64,000 bases of DNA from an uncultured Gemmatimonadales bacterium (GCA_963850905.1 CAWKMU010000004.1:544001-608000); one strand, 5' to 3'. Counted from the first letter of the stretch, positions 40,467 to 50,178 are shown. The notes: generated from the sequence alone by a model not told the origin. Made by a program: numbers and translations.

Positions 40467-40888
40467 ACCCCGCGCTTCGTGCGCGCACCTCGCGCCGTGG
40501 TCTCAGTCGGACAACGTGTATCATCGGCGCGATGTGCATCTTGGTCGCCTGCGGCTCGACTGCACCCAAACCCAAAATTGGGTTCAGTCCGAGCACGGTG
40601 ACGCTCACAGCCACTGCGGGCGCCACAGCGTCGGGCTCAGTCGAGGTGAAGAATGTCGGCGGTGGAACGCTGTCGGGAGTCTCAGCGTCGGTCGGTGCAT
40701 ACTCGACCGGTGCGTCTGGCTGGCTCACCGTCACGCTGTCGGCGCCCACGGCGCCAGCGTCGCTCGAGTTGGTGGCAAACGCCGCCACAGTGAGCGCCGG
40801 GAGCTACTCCGCTGTCGTAAACGTGAGCGCAGCCGGCGCGAGTCCCCCGACAAATACGCTGACAGTGAATCTCACGGTGACGCAGTAG
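40463..40888 (+). CDS. Lipoprotein with BACON/Ig-like domain
   Basis: LVAC lipobox; VKNVGGGTL, SGWLTV, GSYSAVVNV. Confidence 0.75.
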   Translation: MNPALRARTSRRGLSRTTCIIGAMCILVACGSTAPKPKIGFSPSTVTLTATAGATASGSVEVKNVGGGTLSGVSASVGAYSTGASGWLTVTLSAPTAPASLELVANAATVSAGSYSAVVNVSAAGASPPTNTLTVNLTVTQ

Positions 40889-41046
40889 CAGGTCTGAAGT
40901 CTCGCGACTCGACAGGCCACACAGGCACGGCGTGCTCCCGAGCGCGCCGCCGTTGCTAGCCGTACGCGCCGAGCGACGGCACGCCCTATGCCTTCCTTGG
41001 GACCGAAGGCGCACACAGCGCCATGTCGGCCACTCCCTCCCGAGGT

Positions 41047-41235
41047 ATGCACGTGCCCAGAATACTGATTATCGCGCTGTTGGTCGCAGGGTGCAGTGCG
41101 GGCGGAAGCCACGATACGACACGCGCAACCGCCGATACCACCGTTACGCCAGTGAAGACAACTGACACGACGGTGGTTCAAAAGAAGGTCGACGTGCAGG
41201 TCGACACAGTGAAGAGGACGCACAACAAGTCATAG
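41047..41235 (+). CDS. Small Thr-rich lipoprotein
   Basis: VAGC lipobox; DTT repeats. Confidence 0.6.
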   Translation: MHVPRILIIALLVAGCSAGGSHDTTRATADTTVTPVKTTDTTVVQKKVDVQVDTVKRTHNKS

Positions 41236-41408
41236 CGGGCATCACCGCTCTATCGCGTCCCTCGGTTGCACGGCATTCTATGAGGGTCGCGTCCCGTGAG
41301 GGAGTGATGCTCCCTGGGTCCTTACAGCGCCGCTGTGCAGCTGCCACCCGCCGGCGTGGAGTCCGTATCTATTCATGAGAAGGGAGCCTCAGTTAGGAGG
41401 GCTTCAGA

Positions 41409-42656
41409 ATGGAAAGCCTCGAAGGGACGCAGTGTAGTGCCGCGCTGGCAGCGCAGCTGCGCGTCGCCCGCACGGATCTCGCTATGCGTTGGCTCGAACG
41501 CATCACGGCGCGCGCGTCCATCGGAGCGAATCACGTCTTCCCATCGGACGAGCTCCTCGACCATGTGCCGCTCGTCATCGGCGGAATCGCCGATTTCCTC
41601 GAGGATCCCGCCAAGGCGCTCGCAAGCCAGACCGGCGCCCTCGCCCGTGCAAGGGAACTTGGTGCGTTGCGGTACGCGCAAGGCTTTTCGCAACTCGAGA
41701 TCCACAAGGAGTACGAGCTTCTGGGCAGCATCCTGTTTGCCTTCCTCACGCGGGCGGCACGCGAGACGGATCCGCCCCCGGACAGCGACCAGATTTTGGC
41801 GTGCGCCCACCGGCTCTTCCAGGCAATTGCGGTCGTACAGCAAGCCACGACCACCCAGTTCGTGCAGGATATGACGGCGCAACTCACCGAGCGCGAAGGC
41901 CGGCTGCAGGCGTTTCACCGCGCCCTGACACACGAGATGCGCAACCGCCTGGGGGCTATCCTGGGCGCAGCACAGATCCTTGACCAACCCGGATTCGACG
42001 AGCAGCAGCGCGACGAGCTCGCGGGCGTCGTTGTCCGGAATGCTGAGGCCATGCGGGGGACGCTGGAGAACCTCCTGGAACTTTCCCGGGCGCACATCAT
42101 GCCGCGGCAGCAGCGACATGTACGGCTGCCTGCAGCCGCGACCGAGGCCGCGCGGCAACTCCGCGAGGCGTCCGAGCGCGCCGACGTAGTTGTCCGGGTC
42201 TCACCCATGCTGCCAGACGTCGAAGTCAATGCAGCCGCCGTCGAGCTCGTGCTCGCGAATTACCTGTCGAACGCCATCAAATACAGCGATTCGAGCGCGG
42301 GCGAGCGGTGGGTGGAAGTCCGTGCGCGATCGCCGTCCGGATCGTTGTCGGACCAATTCGAGCAAGTCGTTATCGAGGTGGCCGACAATGGACACGGAGT
42401 GCCCGAAGCCTCCCGAGACCGACTCTTCGAGCGCTTCTTTCGCGCGCACGAGGCGAGTCTGCCAGACATCGACGGGACGGGACTTGGGCTCAGCATCGTG
42501 CGCGAAACGGTCGCGGCGCTCGGGGGACGTACGTGGGCCGATTTCCCGGACGGTGGTGGGTCCATCTTCGCCTTTAGCGTCCCCTGTCGCCGAGTATCGG
42601 ACGTCGGTGCATCACTCCCTGCGACCGTTGAGCGCCAGACTTGGAGCGTCGGCTGA
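41409..42656 (+). CDS. Sensor histidine kinase with RsbRD-N-like helical N-terminal domain
   Basis: ARELGALRYAQGF..EYELL; LTHEMRNRL H-box; NYLSNAIKY, DNGHG, GTGLGLSI. Confidence 0.88.
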   Translation: MESLEGTQCSAALAAQLRVARTDLAMRWLERITARASIGANHVFPSDELLDHVPLVIGGIADFLEDPAKALASQTGALARARELGALRYAQGFSQLEIHKEYELLGSILFAFLTRAARETDPPPDSDQILACAHRLFQAIAVVQQATTTQFVQDMTAQLTEREGRLQAFHRALTHEMRNRLGAILGAAQILDQPGFDEQQRDELAGVVVRNAEAMRGTLENLLELSRAHIMPRQQRHVRLPAAATEAARQLREASERADVVVRVSPMLPDVEVNAAAVELVLANYLSNAIKYSDSSAGERWVEVRARSPSGSLSDQFEQVVIEVADNGHGVPEASRDRLFERFFRAHEASLPDIDGTGLGLSIVRETVAALGGRTWADFPDGGGSIFAFSVPCRRVSDVGASLPATVERQTWSVG

Positions 42657-42990
42657 CCCTTGCAATGGTGAGCTGGAGACGCCGCTCTGCCAACGTCGCA
42701 AAGTCTCGTTCCAATTCGCGATAGTCCCTGATCAAGGCCTCGCCAAATTCTGTGACGAGCATCCCGCCACCGGCCTTGCCGCCCTTGCTCGCCACCGTCA
42801 CGGGCTCCCGGAACGATTGCTTCAGACTCTCGACCAGGAGCCACGCCCGACGATAACTCATCCCAATGTTGCGCGCCCCTTTTGACAAAGAGCCGGCATC
42901 GCGAATGGCTTCGAGAAGCGAGATTTTTCCCGGCCCAACACTGGCATGTTCCCCAAAATCGATCCTGAATCGAACAACGAGACCAGCCAT
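42574..42990 (-). CDS. ModE-type winged-helix regulator (N-terminal domain only)
   Basis: VGPGKISLLEAIRDAGSLSKGARNIGMSYRRAWLLVE...GGKAGGG; no TOBE domains. Confidence 0.9.
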   Translation of the reverse strand: MAGLVVRFRIDFGEHASVGPGKISLLEAIRDAGSLSKGARNIGMSYRRAWLLVESLKQSFREPVTVASKGGKAGGGMLVTEFGEALIRDYRELERDFATLAERRLQLTIARVSRRSKSGAQRSQGVMHRRPILGDRGR

Positions 42991-43132
42991 AGAAGCTCCT
43001 CCCTGGCGACATCACATCGAAGGCGAGCCAACGTACACCGTCTGGAAAATGGAGCTGCCCCGCTTCCCTGGAGAGATTAGCGTCTCTGCCAGCTCGCCCC
43101 CATAGGGACTTTGCGCTTTACGGCACAGCGGT

Positions 43133-43154
43133 GTTATATACGGCCAGATATAAC
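43133..43154. promoter_or_regulatory. ModE-binding box
   Basis: GTTATATA-CGGCCA-GATATAAC, matching the TATATA-N6-TATATA ModE operator geometry; lies between the divergent modE-like and porin genes. Confidence 0.75.
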
Positions 43155-43202
43155 GCGTTCTGACATGTCTCCGCTGTGACGCTTTCGACCGGGGAAAGTG
43201 TA

Positions 43203-44762
43203 ATGCGATCTGTCTCGTCGTTCGCCATTGCGGCGCTTGCGTCTACGTTCGTTGTGCATCCTGCGGCGCGCGCGCAAAACCTTCCAACCTCCCAGCCCGC
43301 TGCCGCCGCTCAACCCACCCCGGGAGGTTGCACGAGTGCTCAGGAGTTCTTCGCCACCGATTGCCCCCTGACTTGGCACGGCATCACCCTGTACGGCGCC
43401 TACGACGTCGGCGTGGGCTGGGTCAGCCACGGCATGCCGGAAAACGGCTACAACTATGAAGGTGAATCGCTGGTGAACCGGAACGGCAATCACTCGCAAT
43501 TCCTCATTGCGCCGAACAACCTCCAGCAGACGGGTCTCGGCATCAGGGGCAAGGAAGAGCTTGTCCACGACTGGTTCGTTGTCTTCAACGCGTCGACTGG
43601 CATCAATCCACAGTCCGGCCAGCTCGCCAGCGCGCCAGCCACCATGGCCGCCAACGCCGGCCTTCCCAGGAACAGCTATTCGGCCACTATCGACGGCTCG
43701 CGCGGCGGCCAACCGTTCAATGATGAATTCTACGGCGGTATATCCGCGACGCATTTCGGCACGCTGACCCTCGGTCGCCAGCGCTCCCTCGGTACCGATG
43801 CGATGCTCCAATACGACCCGGCCGGCGGTGGCTACGCCTTCTCGTACATCGGGTATAACGGCACGATGGCCGGCGCCGGTGACACCCAGGACGCCCGTTG
43901 GGACAACGCCCTGAAATATCGCCTCATCTATGGTCAGGTGCATTTCGGCGCGATGTACAAAATCGCCGATGGCTCTGGTGGCTGCTACTCCGCCGCCGCA
44001 ATCTGGACTGCGGCCACCTGTACGCCGGAACAGCCGCACAACACCGCCTATGGATTCAATCTCGGTGGAGAGTACCACAAATTGTCCGCCGACGTCGTCT
44101 ATCAGCATTACAACCAGGCGATCAGTGTTCTGAATCCCTTGCTGGGACCGCAGAGTCTGTCGGCGCCATATCAGTCGACCCTCAACAGCATCAACACAAA
44201 CCCGATCACCGGCGCCAATGTGATTGCGACGACCAACACCGTCTATGGCATCGTGACCGACAACGCCGCCCTCATGGCCGCGGTCAAATATGCCTGGGAC
44301 CAGTTCAAGTTCTACGGCGGCTACGAATACATCTGGCAGAACAACCCGTCCAACCCGTTGGGCATCGGCGCCTCGGCGCAGGGTGGTTACCTGTTGAGCG
44401 GCGTCGAGGACAACAATCTGGATTCTCAAAAGCTCGTGCAGGTCTGGTGGGTGGGCGTGAAATACGCTTTCGACAGCAGAACCGACATCACCTTGTCCTA
44501 CTACAATCAGCTGCAGAACGACTTTCGTATACCGCCGACCTGCTCGGCCGCCGCCGGGTTCCGCAGCTCCTGCGCGGGTACTCTCAACGAGGTGTCACTC
44601 TACGGGGATCATCATTTCACCAAGCGCGTCGACGCGTACGCCGGCATCACGTATTCCGACGTCAGCGGCGGCCTGGCCATCGCCATTCCTCACGGCCCCG
44701 GCGTCCCCTTCCTTTACAATGACAACGTTGCTCCGGTACTCGGCGTTCGGTTCGCCTTCTGA
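43203..44762 (+). CDS. Porin (Gram-negative porin family)
   Basis: Signal peptide, GITLYGAYDVG, FGTLTLGRQ, RWDNALKY, terminal LGVRFAF. Confidence 0.88.
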   Translation: MRSVSSFAIAALASTFVVHPAARAQNLPTSQPAAAAQPTPGGCTSAQEFFATDCPLTWHGITLYGAYDVGVGWVSHGMPENGYNYEGESLVNRNGNHSQFLIAPNNLQQTGLGIRGKEELVHDWFVVFNASTGINPQSGQLASAPATMAANAGLPRNSYSATIDGSRGGQPFNDEFYGGISATHFGTLTLGRQRSLGTDAMLQYDPAGGGYAFSYIGYNGTMAGAGDTQDARWDNALKYRLIYGQVHFGAMYKIADGSGGCYSAAAIWTAATCTPEQPHNTAYGFNLGGEYHKLSADVVYQHYNQAISVLNPLLGPQSLSAPYQSTLNSINTNPITGANVIATTNTVYGIVTDNAALMAAVKYAWDQFKFYGGYEYIWQNNPSNPLGIGASAQGGYLLSGVEDNNLDSQKLVQVWWVGVKYAFDSRTDITLSYYNQLQNDFRIPPTCSAAAGFRSSCAGTLNEVSLYGDHHFTKRVDAYAGITYSDVSGGLAIAIPHGPGVPFLYNDNVAPVLGVRFAF

Positions 44763-44764
44763 TC

Positions 44765-44792
44765 GAGACGCTAGACGCTGGACGCTAGACGC
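44765..44792 (+). repeat. Heptamer tandem repeat, about 4 copies of TAGACGC
   Basis: gagacgc tagacgc tggacgc tagacgc between convergent stop codons. Confidence 0.6.
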
Positions 44793-45324
44793 GGGGCCCT
44801 GCACACAGGGCGACCTCAAAATGGACTTCATGACCAAGCAGCAGGAGCGCTCCGTCCGCGAGGCTGTGTGTGCGCAGCCCCCACGCCTTGCGGTCCAATT
44901 CGCCGCGCACTAACCCGCGATACCACTGACCATCAATCGCGAGCGGTTCCCACGTTCCGCGCTCGGCTCCGAGGACGAAAACGTGTTCCTGGCCGTGCAG
45001 CCGGAGCACCCCGTCCAGTTGATTGCGCCCCGCGGTTGCGCCTCGTGCCCACTGTGTCTCGAACTCAACGAGTGGATGTGACTCCGTCCCGAACAGCCCT
45101 CGCGTGTCGTGATCATTGAGTGGCGCCTCGAACGCAACGCGCATCGCGTCCAATTGGAAATTCGCCGTGCGCACCCCGTTATCCGCGTCGATCACGAGGG
45201 TCCCCCCGGTCAGTGGGAGCGTGCCCCGAAGTACTGGCACGCCCATGGCATGCAGGTGGAACCGTGCTACACTGCGCACGGGGTCGACGGCGTACGAGTC
45301 ACCGTCCTTATAGTATGATGGCAT
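44785..45324 (-). CDS. YceI-like protein
   Basis: YAVDPVRSVARF, LFGTESHPLVEF, GVLRLHG, LDRKAWGL. Confidence 0.7.
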   Translation of the reverse strand: MPSYYKDGDSYAVDPVRSVARFHLHAMGVPVLRGTLPLTGGTLVIDADNGVRTANFQLDAMRVAFEAPLNDHDTRGLFGTESHPLVEFETQWARGATAGRNQLDGVLRLHGQEHVFVLGAERGTWEPLAIDGQWYRGLVRGELDRKAWGLRTHSLADGALLLLGHEVHFEVALCAGPRV

Positions 45325-45537
45325 GGAGTCACCGGTCTTTCGTCGAGGGGCATCTGGCGACGAGCCATTGCGGCTCGCGCAAGGATACGGATTGCCGAGA
45401 CCGCCCATGACGCGGCGCCAGCGGCTCGGCCTCGGTGGTCAGCTCGTGAGGATCATCGCTAGGAAGTCGCTCACGAGAAGACTAGTTCCCGCCCAAGCTC
45501 CGTGTCTCCTTTGTCCTTTCTCCATCGCTCCTCTCTA

Positions 45538-45563
45538 ATTTTGGCCGCCGTGCGGCCACAAAT
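45538..45563. repeat. Palindromic element copy A
   Basis: ATTTTGGCCGC-CGT-GCGGCCACAAAT just downstream of the ppa stop. Confidence 0.6.
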
Positions 45564-45565
45564 CC

Positions 45566-46114
45566 CTACTTCGCGTCAGTCAGCCGTTCTCGCATCGTCC
45601 GGTAACGTTGAAGCGCACCATCAATAATGGGGAATGCTTTCTCCGCCGGTTGAATCGCATCCACCTCGACCGCCTTCCCTTCGAGTTGCTTGTAATCTTG
45701 AAAGAAGCGGCGCAGCATGAGCAGGCGATGCGGCGGCATGTCCGCGGCCTCACGATACCCATCAAATTCGGGATCAGCCGTGGCGACCGCAATGATTTTG
45801 TGGTCCATCTTCCCGGTATCGATCATGGCCATGAGGCCAATCGTGCGCGCCTTCACCAGCGTGAGGGGCACGACACTCTCCTGGCAGAGAACCAGCACAT
45901 CGAGCGGATCATCGTCTTCTGCCAACGTCTGCGGAATGAACCCGTAGTTGGCGGGATAATACACGGCCGAATACAAGACACGATCCATCTTGATCAGCCC
46001 GCTCGCCTTGTCCAGCTCGTACTTGACGCTCGAGTGCAAGGGAATTTCGATCACCGCGGTGAACTCTTGCGGCAGGCCGTCCCCCGGGGAGATGTCGTGC
46101 CAGGCGTGCGCCAC
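45566..46114 (-). CDS. ppa: Inorganic pyrophosphatase (family I)
   Basis: KYELDK, YPANYGFIPQT, DDDPLDVL, FFQDYKQLE. GTG 46114 with GGAGG. Confidence 0.95.
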   Translation of the reverse strand: MAHAWHDISPGDGLPQEFTAVIEIPLHSSVKYELDKASGLIKMDRVLYSAVYYPANYGFIPQTLAEDDDPLDVLVLCQESVVPLTLVKARTIGLMAMIDTGKMDHKIIAVATADPEFDGYREAADMPPHRLLMLRRFFQDYKQLEGKAVEVDAIQPAEKAFPIIDGALQRYRTMRERLTDAK

Positions 46115-46253
46115 CTGAACCTCCGGTTTTGGCAATCATTAACTTTATAAAGGTGAGGTCAGCCGCGCGCGCGCCTTTGCGCGTTATTCTGATTCGCCAT
46201 CTCTCGACGTAGCGCTCGTTCGCGCAGTTTGGCCAACAGAGGGGAGCAAACTC

Positions 46254-46865
46254 ATGGATCGCGTCCTCGACCTGTGGTCTGACGTCGTTTGACCCTTTTG
46301 CTACCTCGGCTCGGTCTGGGCCGAAGCAGCTGCACGAGAACTCCAAGCGACGCTACGCGTGCTTCCGTTCGAGTTGCACCCGGAGACGCCGCCCCAAGGA
46401 GCACCGAAGCCAATTCCACCCGCGGCCTGGCCGCAGGTCCGCCGGCGTCTTGAGGGACTGGCGCGTGAGGTCGGTCTCCCGATCGATCCACCGGATCGGA
46501 ACGTCAACTCCCGCTTTGCGCTCGAGACCGCGGAGCTCGTGCGCGCCAAGCGCGGCGACGGCGCCGCCGGCGCCTTTCATCACGACGTCTCGCGCGCCTT
46601 CTTCACGCAGCGCGCCGACATCGCGAAACGCAATGTCATCATTCCCATCGCCGAAGGCCATGGCGTCTCCGCGTCGGACGTCGACGACGCGTGGCGGGAA
46701 CGCCGGTTTCGCCAGGGTGTCGACGCGTTCGTTGAGCAAGCGCGCATGGCCGGCGTCACCGGTGTGCCGGCGATGGCCTGGCCGAATCAGCGCGCCATCC
46801 TCGGCATGATGCGCCCCGAAGACCTCGTCGTACGCCTAGGCGACCAACCAGCCTTGGACCGGTAG
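46254..46865 (+). CDS. DsbA/FrnE family oxidoreductase, probable selenoprotein (U13-P-F-C16)
   Basis: RBS, ATG 46254, MDRVLDLWSDVV-TGA-PFCYLG continuing in frame into PFELHPETP...GVTGVPA. Confidence 0.85.
46293..46328 (+). promoter_or_regulatory. Bacterial SECIS-like hairpin
   Basis: Stem TCGGCTC (46306-46312) / GGGCCGA (46318-46324), loop GGTCT starting 20 nt after the UGA; lower pairing TGCT/AGCA. Confidence 0.75.
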
Positions 46866-46876
46866 GGGCGAACCAT

Positions 46877-47476
46877 TCAGAAGGCCCGCGGATCGAGCAC
46901 GCTGCCAGTTTGCTTCCCTTCCACACTTGCCACGTAGGCCCGAGCTACATCAGCGGCAGGTTGCCCGGCACTTGGATCCTGCCCGCGAGCGCGCAGTGTC
47001 TCGGATACCGACGTCGGGCTGACGACATTGATGCGTTGCCCCCGCGGCAACTCGAGCGCTGCCGAGCGCGCGAATCCCTCGAGCCCCGCGTTGACCAGAC
47101 TGACGGCGGCCGCGCTTCGCGCTCCCTCCCGAGCCAATGAGCCCGCCGTGATGGTGAACGAGCCGCCGTCGGTGACCGAGGCAATGCCCAACCGCACGAG
47201 GTTCACCTGTCCCATCAGCTTGCTGTTCAGGCTGAGGGAAAAATCGGCATCGGTGAGTTCAGCCAGCGGCTTGAACGCTACCAGTCCGGCGGCGCAGACC
47301 ATGGCGTCGACGCGCCCGACCCGAGCGTACAACGCACGGATCGATGCGGGGTCGCTGATGTTCACCTGCTCAGCCGTGTCGCGATTGCTCGCGAGGACGA
47401 GGTCGTGCCGGCCCGCGAGAGCCGCAACAATCGCTCGACCAATGGTGCCGCTCGCACCAACGATGAGTATGCGCAT
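46877..47476 (-). CDS. Short-chain dehydrogenase (atypical SDR)
   Basis: VGASGTIG, SKLMGQVNLV, RINVVSP. Confidence 0.9.
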   Translation of the reverse strand: MRILIVGASGTIGRAIVAALAGRHDLVLASNRDTAEQVNISDPASIRALYARVGRVDAMVCAAGLVAFKPLAELTDADFSLSLNSKLMGQVNLVRLGIASVTDGGSFTITAGSLAREGARSAAAVSLVNAGLEGFARSAALELPRGQRINVVSPTSVSETLRARGQDPSAGQPAADVARAYVASVEGKQTGSVLDPRAF

Positions 47477-47709
47477 GGAGGGCGAATCCCCTCAACGGTG
47501 ACAGGGTTCCACAAAGCCAACTCGATCCAAGCTGACTGCGCGAACGCTTCGCCGGCCGTTGCTTGCATCTCATCCTAGAACCAGCTGAGATGCTCGGCCC
47601 CCAATCATAGGCTCGTCGCGAGGCACACTCATCTATCCCTACGCCAGGGCAATGGGACGTGTCTCACGTCAGTTTGGCGACACGCGGAGCATCTGAACGC
47701 TTCAGTCAC

Positions 47710-48594
47710 TCAGTAGGGTGCGACCGGCGAGTCGGAGGCGAGAAACTCTTGCGCCTGGTGCGCAAAGCTCTCGTGAAATTGGAACAAGGAGCCGTGCCCA
47801 GCGTCGGGATAGGTCATCAGAACGGCGTTGGGCAGGGTCTCGCTCAGCCAGTACGAGTTGCGCACTGGAATCATCTCGTCGTGCACTCCGTTGACGACGA
47901 GCGTTGGCTGACGAATGCCCTTCAGCGTCGCGAAACGCTCCCCGGTGAATTGCTCCCACTCCCGAAATGCGGCGATTTGCGCTCGGGCCACCTCTGGCCC
48001 TGACACAGCGTCCCGATCCTCCCGTCGTTGTGCGAGCCTCCCAATGAAAGCCGCGCCAGCTGCCTGGCTCGACTCCGTGGGCGCGAAGAAGATCTTCTGC
48101 AACGGCGAGTATCCTTGCAGTTTGGGATCGTTCAGGTACTTGGCCAAGCTGGGCTTCTCAAGGTGCATGATATCCTCTCCACCGCGCGGCCCGGTGCCGA
48201 CGAGGATCATGCGCCGGAAGATCGAAGGGCGATCCAGCACCAGCTGCTGCGCGACCATCCCACCCAGTGAGTACCCGAGAACGTCGCACGAATTCAACCC
48301 CAGGGCGTCCAGAAACGCCGACGCATGCGCTGCCATGCCGGCTATCGTTTCCGGTACCGTGCCGCTGGATCGGCCTACACCCGCATTATCGAAAAGAATG
48401 AGCTCGCGGCCGGCAGCAAGTGCATCGGTGACCGCGGGGTCCCAGTTGTCGAGCGTCCCCGTGAAGTGCTGCAGACACAACAGGGGAAGTGCGCTGGTGC
48501 GGCCGAACCGGCGATACGCGTATCGCTCGCCGTTGGCCTGCAGGAACAGCGTCGGCGCGGTGATTGTGCTATCGCCCACCGCCGGTGAGGTCAT
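47710..48594 (-). CDS. Alpha/beta hydrolase
   Basis: QHFTGTLDNWDP, FDNAGVG, GYSLGG, YPDAGHG. Confidence 0.92.
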   Translation of the reverse strand: MTSPAVGDSTITAPTLFLQANGERYAYRRFGRTSALPLLCLQHFTGTLDNWDPAVTDALAAGRELILFDNAGVGRSSGTVPETIAGMAAHASAFLDALGLNSCDVLGYSLGGMVAQQLVLDRPSIFRRMILVGTGPRGGEDIMHLEKPSLAKYLNDPKLQGYSPLQKIFFAPTESSQAAGAAFIGRLAQRREDRDAVSGPEVARAQIAAFREWEQFTGERFATLKGIRQPTLVVNGVHDEMIPVRNSYWLSETLPNAVLMTYPDAGHGSLFQFHESFAHQAQEFLASDSPVAPY

Positions 48595-48658
48595 TGTGGC
48601 TCCATCTCTCCAGTCCCCGTAGGAATCGGTCTCTGACTCACATGCCTGAGCGTTTACT

Positions 48659-49561
48659 TCATGACTTGAACGCGCGCGCCGAGCTCCAGAGCGCCCATCC
48701 GGGATTGACCCGGTTCGGGTAGAGCGCCAGCATCCGGTCGTACAGCTCTTGTGCGGTTGTCGTCTGCTCCACCAGCCGATCGAAATCGCGGATGTACTGC
48801 CGGGTCTCTTCGATGATCCGGGGATTGTCCTCGTTTTCGGGTCGCTTGTGTGACGCGACGACTGCGCGCGGCTTGAGCGACTCTATTTTGTCGAGCGCGG
48901 CGATCCATTGCCGTCGCGTCTGCGGATTGGACTCGGCCAAATAGAGATGCACGTCGTTGTAGGCGGCATCGCCCGCGACCACCAGTCCGATGGAAGGGAC
49001 ATTCAGACACGTCGTATCATCGGTGTCGGTGTGTCCAAGCTCCACGGCCACCAATTCCTGCCCTTCGAGGTCAATGATGTTCCGCTCGAGTTCCTCCGCG
49101 ATCACCAGCTTGTCTGGAATCTGGCCTGGAAAGCCCACCTTCCAGACAGTCTCCAGGACCTCCGGGGAGGCGTGCCGGCGCATTTGTTTGACTGCGTCGG
49201 GCGTAGCGACCACTCGAGCCTTCGGGAAACGCTCGAGCAGCGTGCCAGCGCCGAACCAATGGTCTCCGTGACCATGGGTGATGTAGATGGTTGTCAGGTT
49301 CTTGCCTTTCGTCGCAACCCAATCGGCTAGACTGTTGGCCTGCCTGACCGTCATGAAGGCGTCCACGAGAACCGCGTCCCGCGCGCCATAAATGAGAGTT
49401 GACGCCGTGGCCTGAAAAAATGTCTCTCTGACGCCCGGGGGCTTGTCACGAGTGACAATGGGTATGCCTGGCGTCACGAACACGTCCCAACTCAGAGAAG
49501 TGCGTGTTGCATCCGGCACGCCGTCAACGGCGTGCGCCGGGGTAGCCTGAGTCACTGACAT
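48659..49561 (-). CDS. MBL-fold metallo-hydrolase
   Basis: THGHGDH, GHTD, VAGD. RBS AGGAGG. Confidence 0.92.
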   Translation of the reverse strand: MSVTQATPAHAVDGVPDATRTSLSWDVFVTPGIPIVTRDKPPGVRETFFQATASTLIYGARDAVLVDAFMTVRQANSLADWVATKGKNLTTIYITHGHGDHWFGAGTLLERFPKARVVATPDAVKQMRRHASPEVLETVWKVGFPGQIPDKLVIAEELERNIIDLEGQELVAVELGHTDTDDTTCLNVPSIGLVVAGDAAYNDVHLYLAESNPQTRRQWIAALDKIESLKPRAVVASHKRPENEDNPRIIEETRQYIRDFDRLVEQTTTAQELYDRMLALYPNRVNPGWALWSSARAFKS

Positions 49562-49654
49562 CTTCACCTCCTGTCTGCTTGGTGCCTCGACGCGCGCTGC
49601 CGGCGCGCCACCGGCTTCCGGTCGAAAGGCGATCGTCGGCGACGTGCTCGTGAG

Positions 49655-50130
49655 CTATGCTGGAACGGCGACGCCGCGAGCTCCTGTTACGCCTTTGGCT
49701 GCCGTCGCAGTCGAATCCTGCACGGTTTTCGCCGCGGCGCGGATAACGTCGATGACCACGTCGGGGTGCGATAGCATCGCGACGTGGCTGCTGTCGACCG
49801 CATGCGTGGTTGCACCCATGCGCTTCGCCAGGAAGCGTTCCAGGTCGGGGTGAACCGTGCGGTCCTGGTTGGCCACGATGTACCAACTGGGCTTTGACCG
49901 CCAGGCCACTCCCGGGGCATTCCGGCTGAATAGATCGGCGGCCGGCGCATAGTGTGTCGCCCAGACAAGCTTTTGCTCTTGCTCCGAGAGGTCTCCCGCG
50001 AAGCACACGACACCTTCTGGGCGCATCCAAAGACGCCCGTCCGCGAGCTCGACGTACTTGAACACGTCGGTGACAGGGAACTTCTCCTGCTGGCTCTGCG
50101 AGGTCTCGTCTGCATCAGGGGCAAGCGCAG
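49655..50130 (-). pseudogene. 5'-truncated alpha/beta hydrolase (C-terminal half only)
   Basis: Homology-like sequence begins at ALAPDADETSQ and includes KPSWYIVA..DRTV and SSHVAMLSHP. No GHS nucleophile region and no room for it upstream. Confidence 0.7.
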
Positions 50131-50178
50131 GGCGAGTGTGCCACTGCCGCACCGTCTCCAGGACTCCCCGAGCGGCTG

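Noticed and set aside
43000..43200. Moco/Tuco riboswitch upstream of the porin
   Set aside because: Could not identify the conserved motif by eye; the ModE box explains the region. An Rfam scan would settle it.
46290..46292. Nonsense mutation making the DsbA-like gene a pseudogene
   Set aside because: Less likely than Sec because the TGA is at the catalytic Cys position and is followed by a SECIS-like hairpin; not formally excluded.
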